A stretch of 37,026 bases of DNA, taken from positions 1 to 37,026 of the forward strand of contig JBBDZS010000001.1 in NCBI GenBank assembly GCA_040900015.1, in the 5' to 3' direction. Numbering within the stretch: the first letter of the stretch is position 1; each line of letters begins with the position of its first letter. The notes beneath the pieces were generated by a model, which worked only from the letters and a program-made list of their open reading frames with translations, was not told the origin of the DNA and did not search any database. The DNA comes from Minisyncoccota bacterium (GTDB lineage: Bacteria; Patescibacteriota; Minisyncoccia; Phycocordibacterales; UBA9973). This document shows, piece by piece, positions 32,087 to 37,026 of this stretch. The position numbers and the translations under genes are program-made.

Positions 32087-32473
32087 ATGAGGAAGAAGAC
32101 ATTTTACTATAAAGGCATTAAGGTAAATGCTTTTGGTCTACCGATATTATCTGAGAATAAAAAACGTCTAAAGAGAAAAAACCGCAAAAGAAATTTTTAT
32201 CATACTGCTTTTTCTTCGTCATTTAGCAAAGACTCTCCTAAAAATCTTATTTTAATGTACGATGTAGTAGAAGCTAAAAAGAAAGAAAGAGATTGGTTTC
32301 GCCGGCAGTTGAAAAATTTTAATTACATAATGATTCAGAGAAGCGTTTGGGTCGGCCCATCGCCTTTGCCAAAGGAGTTTTTGGATTATGTAAAGGAAAT
32401 TGGCTTACAAAGACACATAAAGACTTTCAAACTAGCCAAGCCGTACACAGGTAAAGAAAGTGTATTTAAATAA
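32087..32473 (+). CDS. Cas2-like / PaaX C-terminal-like ferredoxin-fold protein with a basic N-terminal extension (solo, no cas1 and no array)
   Basis: 128 aa. LILMYDVVEAKKKERDWFRRQLKNFNYIMIQRSVWVGPSPLP follows the beta-alpha-beta pattern (hydrophobic-YD-I/V ... R ... Q-x-SVW/F) that I associate with Cas2 and PaaX-C domains. The assignment comes from pattern memory only. Confidence 0.45.
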   Translation: MRKKTFYYKGIKVNAFGLPILSENKKRLKRKNRKRNFYHTAFSSSFSKDSPKNLILMYDVVEAKKKERDWFRRQLKNFNYIMIQRSVWVGPSPLPKEFLDYVKEIGLQRHIKTFKLAKPYTGKESVFK

Positions 32474-32478
32474 TATTT

Positions 32479-32506
32479 ACATATTTACGCTATCGCGCAT
32501 ATATGT
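32479..32506. repeat. Imperfect 28 bp palindrome (P2), a degenerate copy of P1, 5 nt after the Cas2-like ORF stop codon
   Basis: ACATATTTACGCTATCGCGCATATATGT. 11 of 14 arm positions pair. It shares ACATAT..TACGCTAT..GCG..ATAT.TGT with P1. Confidence 0.75.
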
Positions 32507-32580
32507 TATGTGAACAACCTAACTTGCCAATAGGTATTGGAGATATATACTTTAAGTATTATAAGTTAAATAATATTTTT

Positions 32581-32724
32581 ATGGCTAAAAGCGTAGATGA
32601 ATGCAGAAGAGAAATTCAACATTGGACAAGTGAATTGGACAAAGCTCAAAGAGAATTGAAATGGTGGACAGATGAGCTAGGTAAGGCAATCAGAGAGGAA
32701 AGTGATAGAACAAAAAATAAGTAG
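32581..32724 (+). CDS. 47 aa coiled-coil mini-protein with an internal tandem repeat
   Basis: Start trimmed to the ATG at 32581 (MAKSVDECRREIQHWTSELDKAQRELKWWTDELGKAIREESDRTKNK). The repeat units are HWTSELDKAQRE and WWTDELGKAIRE. Whether it is truly coding is uncertain. Confidence 0.35.
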   Translation: MAKSVDECRREIQHWTSELDKAQRELKWWTDELGKAIREESDRTKNK

Positions 32725-32757
32725 TATTATTAAGTTTTTAATTTAATCAATAAATTT

Positions 32758-33114
32758 ATGTCAATGGAAAATAATATGTCATCTGGCGACAGGAAACCAG
32801 GGCCAACCCCTGAACAGATAAAAGCACACGAAGAGATTGAAGCAAAAAAAGAGCGAAGGGAGTTGGAAGTGAAAACATATATAGATGAGATTGTTGCCTC
32901 CTTTTTAGAAGATAGTCCAGATGCAACAATAGACGATTTAAAGAGGGAAATTATTTATCAGAGAGAACTAGCGAGGGAAGCGGCTAATTATTTGTCCAAC
33001 AAACATCATACGGAAGTTGGTATGAAGCCAAAGAAATTAGTTGATTTCAAGGCTGGTCAAGATACCAGGAGCCCACATGATTGGATGAGTATTCCTTGGA
33101 ATAAAGGACACTAG
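32758..33114 (+). CDS. Hypothetical protein, 118 aa, no family recognised
   Basis: An ORF in an AT-rich cassette, charged and helical. The alternative start codons at residues 3 and 7 are equally possible. Confidence 0.45.
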   Translation: MSMENNMSSGDRKPGPTPEQIKAHEEIEAKKERRELEVKTYIDEIVASFLEDSPDATIDDLKREIIYQRELAREAANYLSNKHHTEVGMKPKKLVDFKAGQDTRSPHDWMSIPWNKGH

Positions 33115-33268
33115 TTTTTTGGCTAGCTAGGCAAGACTTAGCAAGTTAGTTTTAGTGCTTGCAATTCCGAAGCTTTAGCGTAGGACTGTGCATAACTCAT
33201 CCTTGCCAAGCCCTATCGGAGGGGGGTACACTTTGGGTATTATTAAATATAATTTATTTTAAAATATT

Positions 33269-33808
33269 ATGAGTACAGGAAATCCCAACTTTGATGAGCA
33301 AAATCCAGGTAGTGGAAAGCCAGAAAAAGTGGGACTCGAAGTTGATTATCGTAAGATATTCGATCATGAGCGTTCCAGAATGGATAGAAAATATCCTAAT
33401 TGTAATTTTGTTCCCGGCTCTCTAGAGGTTGTCGAAATTCACGATCGAGCGACTAAAAGAGCAGTGCAAGAAGTATTGGAAAACATGATTTGGGACGGAG
33501 AAATTAAAATATTGAGTTGGGGAAATATTGGAGAAGCTAGAGACAATAATAAAGATGAGGGAAGAAGAGAAGAAATAATAGAAACTCTTGCCTTTGGATA
33601 TACAAATGCTTTGGTTCATAATGGAGGTTTGACAATAACTTTAAGCAAAATGTTTCCTGAACTTTCTGAAACAGAAGCACAACAACTAGCGATTGATTTT
33701 AAAAAAATTCTAGATAGGGTTTCAGAACTAATCCCATCGGCACACTGGGAAGGCAGAATCGAAATTAAAACTCAAGGCGACAAGTTGTCGTTTTCAGCAA
33801 TTAAATAA
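33269..33808 (+). CDS. Hypothetical protein, 179 aa, no family recognised
   Basis: The last ORF of the cassette, followed by a hairpin plus T6. Confidence 0.5.
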   Translation: MSTGNPNFDEQNPGSGKPEKVGLEVDYRKIFDHERSRMDRKYPNCNFVPGSLEVVEIHDRATKRAVQEVLENMIWDGEIKILSWGNIGEARDNNKDEGRREEIIETLAFGYTNALVHNGGLTITLSKMFPELSETEAQQLAIDFKKILDRVSELIPSAHWEGRIEIKTQGDKLSFSAIK

Positions 33809-33818
33809 AAGTATTTAA

Positions 33819-33847
33819 TTGCAATTAAAAGGTTTTTAGTATATATT
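33819..33847 (+). promoter_or_regulatory. Promoter-like element TTGCAA - 17 nt - TATATT upstream of fusA
   Basis: Hexamers at 33819-33824 and 33842-33847. The -35 lies inside the perfect palindrome TTAATTGCAATTAA (33815-33828). Confidence 0.45.
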
Positions 33848-33852
33848 GTTCT

Positions 33853-33873
33853 GAGCGCATTTGGCGCTTTTTT
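33853..33873 (+). terminator. Hairpin plus T6 (terminator of the cassette, or a 5' stem-loop of the fusA leader)
   Basis: GAGCGC-atttg-GCGCTT followed by TTTT. It begins about 6 nt after the -10 element above. Confidence 0.55.
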
Positions 33874-33890
33874 ATTACCTAATCAAACAT

Positions 33891-36038
33891 ATGGAACGAG
33901 ATTATCCACTAGAGAAAGTTAGAAATTTTGGAATTATTGCGCATATTGATGCGGGCAAGACCACCACGACCGAGCGGGTGCTTTTTTATACTGGAGTTTC
34001 TCATAAAATAGGTGAGGTGCACGATGGTGAGACCACTACCGACTGGATGGAGCAGGAGCGCGAACGAGGTATCACGATCACTTCCGCTGCGGTGACTTGT
34101 TTCTGGACGCCAACATATGACCTTAAGAACAAAGCGCTCAAACATCGTTTTAATATTATTGATACTCCCGGACACATCGACTTTACCGTAGAGGTGAAGC
34201 GTTCTTTGCGAGTGCTCGACGGCGCAGTTGTCGTATTCGATGGGGTGGCCGGAGTGGAACCGCAGTCAGAGACTAATTGGAGATACGCGGACGAGGCCAA
34301 AGTTCCTCGCATATGTTTCATCAACAAACTCGACCGAACAGGAGCATCTTTCGAACATTCTTACGCGACCATTCTGGATAGATTGAGCAAGAGGGCTGTG
34401 CGCGTGCAAATTCCCATCGGGCTTGAGGAAAATTTCGAAGGTGTAGTTGACCTCCTAAAAATGAAAGCCTACTACTTTGAAGGTGAAATGGGCAATCAAG
34501 TTGTTGAAAAAGAAATTCCGGAAAACTTGAAAGCGGATGCTGAGAAATTTCACTCCGAGCTTGTGGAGAAAATAGTCGAGACCGACGACGCGATGATGAC
34601 TGAATATTTGGAAGGCATTGTCCCTAATCTCGAAGTACTCAAAAAGACTTTGCGTAAGGCTGTAATTGAAAATACCATTTTCCCAGTATTTGCTGGGAGC
34701 GCCCTTAAGAACAAGGGAGTTCAGCTCGTGCTCGACGCAGTCGTGGACTATCTACCCGCTCCGACGGATATTCCAGCTATCACCGGAATCAATGCTAACA
34801 CCGAAGAGCCAGAGGACAGACATGCATCTGATTCTGAGCCTTTTTCTGCACTTGCTTTTAAGATTGCGACCGACCCATTCGTCGGGCAAATCATCTTTTT
34901 CCGGGTTTACTCTGGACGACTAACAGCCGGAAGTTATGTTTACAATCCTCGCACTAGGAATAAGGAAAGAATTGGGCGCATACTGCGAATGCATGCCAAT
35001 GACCGCGAAGAAGTGAAAGAAGTTTTTGCTGGAGAAATTGCAGCTGCGGTGGGACTCAAGGACACTATCACTTCCGACACTCTTTGCGATGAAAACAACC
35101 CTATCATCTTGGATCGAATCGTCTTCCCTGAACCAGTCATCTCTCTCCGTATCGAGCCGAAGACCAAGGCCGACCAGGAAAAAATGGGTATGGCGCTCAA
35201 TCGCCTTGCGCAGGAAGATCCTACTTTCAAAGTTACAACAGATCAGGAGACGGGCGAAACTATTATTGCCGGTATGGGAGAATTGCATCTAGAAATAATT
35301 GTGGATCGAATGAAGAGAGAGTTTGCCGTAGAGGCGAACGTTGGCAAACCTCAGGTGGCATATCGCGAGACTATCAATGGCAGTAGCGAAGCCGAGGGCA
35401 AGTACATCAAGCAATCTGGAGGGCGTGGAAACTACGGCCACGTCAAGATCAAGGTCAGGCCGATGGAAATGCTTACCAAAGAAGAAATCGAAGATCTACC
35501 GAAGAACACCAAGCGTGCTCCCGGCTTCGAATTCGTCAATACTATCAAAGGTGGAGTCATTCCTCAGGAATATATTCCTGCCTGTGAAAAAGGATTTAAG
35601 GAAGGCCTCGACCGAGGTATTCTGGCTGGATTTAAAATGGTCAATGTTTCGGTGGAGCTCTGGGACGGAAGCTATCACGAAGTGGACTCCAACGAAATGG
35701 CATTCAAAATCGCAGCATCTATGGCTATCCAGGATGCTTGCCGTCGTGCGAACCCTGTCATCCTCGAGCCTATGATGAAAGTAGAAGTCGTCACTCCGGA
35801 CAAGTTTATGGGCGATGTCACCGGCAACCTGTCCTCCAAGCGAGGACTGATCGAAGGCATGGAAGATCGGGGTATGAACAAAGTGGTGAAGGCGATAGTG
35901 CCTCTGTCCGAAATGTTCGGATACATGACCGGCCTGCGCTCTATGACCGAAGGTCGCGCATCATTCACTATGGAATTCTTCCGCTACGACATAGTTCCAC
36001 AGAATGTAGCCGAAACTATTATCTCTGCAAGGAAATAA
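33891..36038 (+). CDS. fusA: Translation elongation factor G
   Basis: Start trimmed to the ATG at 33891 ([35 protein letters not shown]). DTPGHIDF and NKLDR are present, and all five domains are recognisable. The ORF track start at 33861 is a TTG that lies inside the hairpin. Confidence 0.95.
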   Translation: MERDYPLEKVRNFGIIAHIDAGKTTTTERVLFYTGVSHKIGEVHDGETTTDWMEQERERGITITSAAVTCFWTPTYDLKNKALKHRFNIIDTPGHIDFTVEVKRSLRVLDGAVVVFDGVAGVEPQSETNWRYADEAKVPRICFINKLDRTGASFEHSYATILDRLSKRAVRVQIPIGLEENFEGVVDLLKMKAYYFEGEMGNQVVEKEIPENLKADAEKFHSELVEKIVETDDAMMTEYLEGIVPNLEVLKKTLRKAVIENTIFPVFAGSALKNKGVQLVLDAVVDYLPAPTDIPAITGINANTEEPEDRHASDSEPFSALAFKIATDPFVGQIIFFRVYSGRLTAGSYVYNPRTRNKERIGRILRMHANDREEVKEVFAGEIAAAVGLKDTITSDTLCDENNPIILDRIVFPEPVISLRIEPKTKADQEKMGMALNRLAQEDPTFKVTTDQETGETIIAGMGELHLEIIVDRMKREFAVEANVGKPQVAYRETINGSSEAEGKYIKQSGGRGNYGHVKIKVRPMEMLTKEEIEDLPKNTKRAPGFEFVNTIKGGVIPQEYIPACEKGFKEGLDRGILAGFKMVNVSVELWDGSYHEVDSNEMAFKIAASMAIQDACRRANPVILEPMMKVEVVTPDKFMGDVTGNLSSKRGLIEGMEDRGMNKVVKAIVPLSEMFGYMTGLRSMTEGRASFTMEFFRYDIVPQNVAETIISARK

Positions 36039-36052
36039 GATATAATGGGGCT

Positions 36053-37026
36053 ATGCTCTATACTCCATTTTACGACCCCGAGAAAACCTACGAAGACAAC
36101 TATAACGAAGGTCCTTTTGGGGCCTTTGCCGATGGAGCAAAAATTACACAGGGGAACCCTGTGCAAAAATACGATTTTCTTGGATTTAAAGTAAATTCGC
36201 CTTTTGGTATTCCGGCCGGACCGCTCATTAACGGCAAGTTTGTGAAAGGAGCGCTCGATAAAGGTTTTGATGTTGTGACATACAAGACCGTACGGAGTGA
36301 AAAATATCCATGTCACCCATGGCCTAACGTTTTGTCGGTCAAAATTGACGGCGATCTGACCTTGGAAAAAGCGGAAGGTAAGCTGGTGGCGGACAGGAAT
36401 TACCACGAACCGCTTTCTATTACGAACTCTTTTGGTGTGCCTTCTCGGGGAAAAGAATTTTGGCAGAAGGATTTGACTGAGACGGTAAAAAGCGCACGCG
36501 AAGGACAGGTCGTCGTCGGATCTTTCCAAGGTACCAAGAAAGAAGGACAGAGCGGAGAGGAATATATAGATGATTATCGGATAACAGCCAAAATGCTTTT
36601 AGAAACGGGCGTCAAGGTAATGGAAGTAAATCTGAGCTGTCCGAACGAAGGCACCAATAACCTCCTTTGTTATGACACAGAAAGAAGTGTAAAGGTGGCA
36701 AAAGCAATTAAGGAAGTGATTGGTAATATTCCGCTGGTGATAAAAATAGCATACTTTAAAGATGAAGAAGAGCTTCGTAATTTGGTAAAGGAGATAGGTT
36801 CTGTTGTAGAAGGGATTTCTGCGATAAATACCATTTCTGCGGAAATCGTGGATGAGAACGGCAGTCAGGCGTTGCCGGGAGAAGGGAGATTGCGAAGTGG
36901 TGTCTGCGGGCATGCTATCCGGTGGGCTGGACTGGATATGGTTAAGAAATTAAAAAAATTGCGAGAGGAATTTGGCTATAACTATTCGATTATCGGTGTA
37001 GGGGGAGTGACCACAGCGGATGATTT
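36053..37026 (+). CDS. Dihydroorotate dehydrogenase-like (class 1 DHOD/DHPD family) protein, 3'-truncated by the window edge
   Basis: I translated this frame by hand: MLYTPFYDPEKTYEDNYNEGPFG...FKVNSPFGIPAGPL...VMEVNLSCPN...SIIGVGGV. It is not in the ORF track because no stop codon occurs before the window end. TATAAT lies 6 nt upstream of the ATG. Confidence 0.75.
   Translation, partial: MLYTPFYDPEKTYEDNYNEGPFGAFADGAKITQGNPVQKYDFLGFKVNSPFGIPAGPLINGKFVKGALDKGFDVVTYKTVRSEKYPCHPWPNVLSVKIDGDLTLEKAEGKLVADRNYHEPLSITNSFGVPSRGKEFWQKDLTETVKSAREGQVVVGSFQGTKKEGQSGEEYIDDYRITAKMLLETGVKVMEVNLSCPNEGTNNLLCYDTERSVKVAKAIKEVIGNIPLVIKIAYFKDEEELRNLVKEIGSVVEGISAINTISAEIVDENGSQALPGEGRLRSGVCGHAIRWAGLDMVKKLKKLREEFGYNYSIIGVGGVTTADD

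Noticed and set aside
32087-32473. A CRISPR-Cas locus, given the Cas2-like ORF.
   Set aside because: I found no regularly spaced direct repeats anywhere in the window, and no cas1 or effector genes. The only local repeats are the two palindromes P1 and P2. The gene is treated as a solo Cas2/PaaX-C-like gene.
1-37026. Alternative genetic code (UGA or UAG reassignment, as in some candidate phyla).
   Set aside because: Recognisable genes terminate cleanly on TAA (for example 12054-12056), TAG (12362-12364) and TGA (24721-24723). Conserved proteins are full-length with the standard code.

Overview
This is a 37 kb AT-rich, gene-dense bacterial window with about 45 protein genes and 6 tRNAs. There is no rRNA, no CRISPR array and no recognisable transposase or integrase. 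The standard genetic code applies, since TAA, TAG and TGA all terminate recognisable genes. Gene content suggests a reduced-genome, Patescibacteria/CPR-like organism: type IV pilus PilMNO, many small membrane proteins, salvage-type thymidylate/folate genes and fragmented ribosomal operons. That taxonomic call is inference, not proof.

Housekeeping content:
- Translation and transcription: rplS, secE-nusG-rplK, rpmB, rpsL-rpsG and fusA.
- Other conserved genes: ruvX, murB, an RluA-type pseudouridine synthase and a DEAD-box helicase.
- Regulation: an ECF sigma/anti-sigma pair and a histidine kinase plus receiver pair.
- Membrane and transport: a VKOR protein, a P-type ATPase, an NRAMP transporter and an M50 protease.
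- Nucleotide metabolism: a dCMP deaminase / MazG-like / folA / thyA cluster.

Observations worth follow-up:
1. At least 13 genes have a -10-like hexamer exactly 6 nt upstream of the ATG, so they look leaderless. Two further CDSs start 1-7 nt after a tRNA 3' end.
2. A four-ORF AT-rich cassette is wedged between rpsG and fusA. Its first ORF is a solo Cas2/PaaX-C-like gene bracketed by two related 28-30 bp palindromes.
3. Three sharply bounded GC-rich islands (12.1-12.6 kb, 23.7-24.8 kb, 29.6-29.9 kb) each carry a local promoter, a Shine-Dalgarno (SD) site and a GC hairpin terminator.
4. A GIY-YIG gene is bracketed by an intact tRNA-Ser and a pseudo 5' copy of that tRNA interrupted by a 31 nt GC-rich insert.
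5. A single ORF fuses a PAP2-like membrane domain to a TsaC/YrdC domain.
6. A coupled membrane protein / RibD_C / CofE-like operon and an ATP-grasp ligase sit beside folA-thyA.

All family assignments rest on motifs I recognise in the translations. No database search was run.
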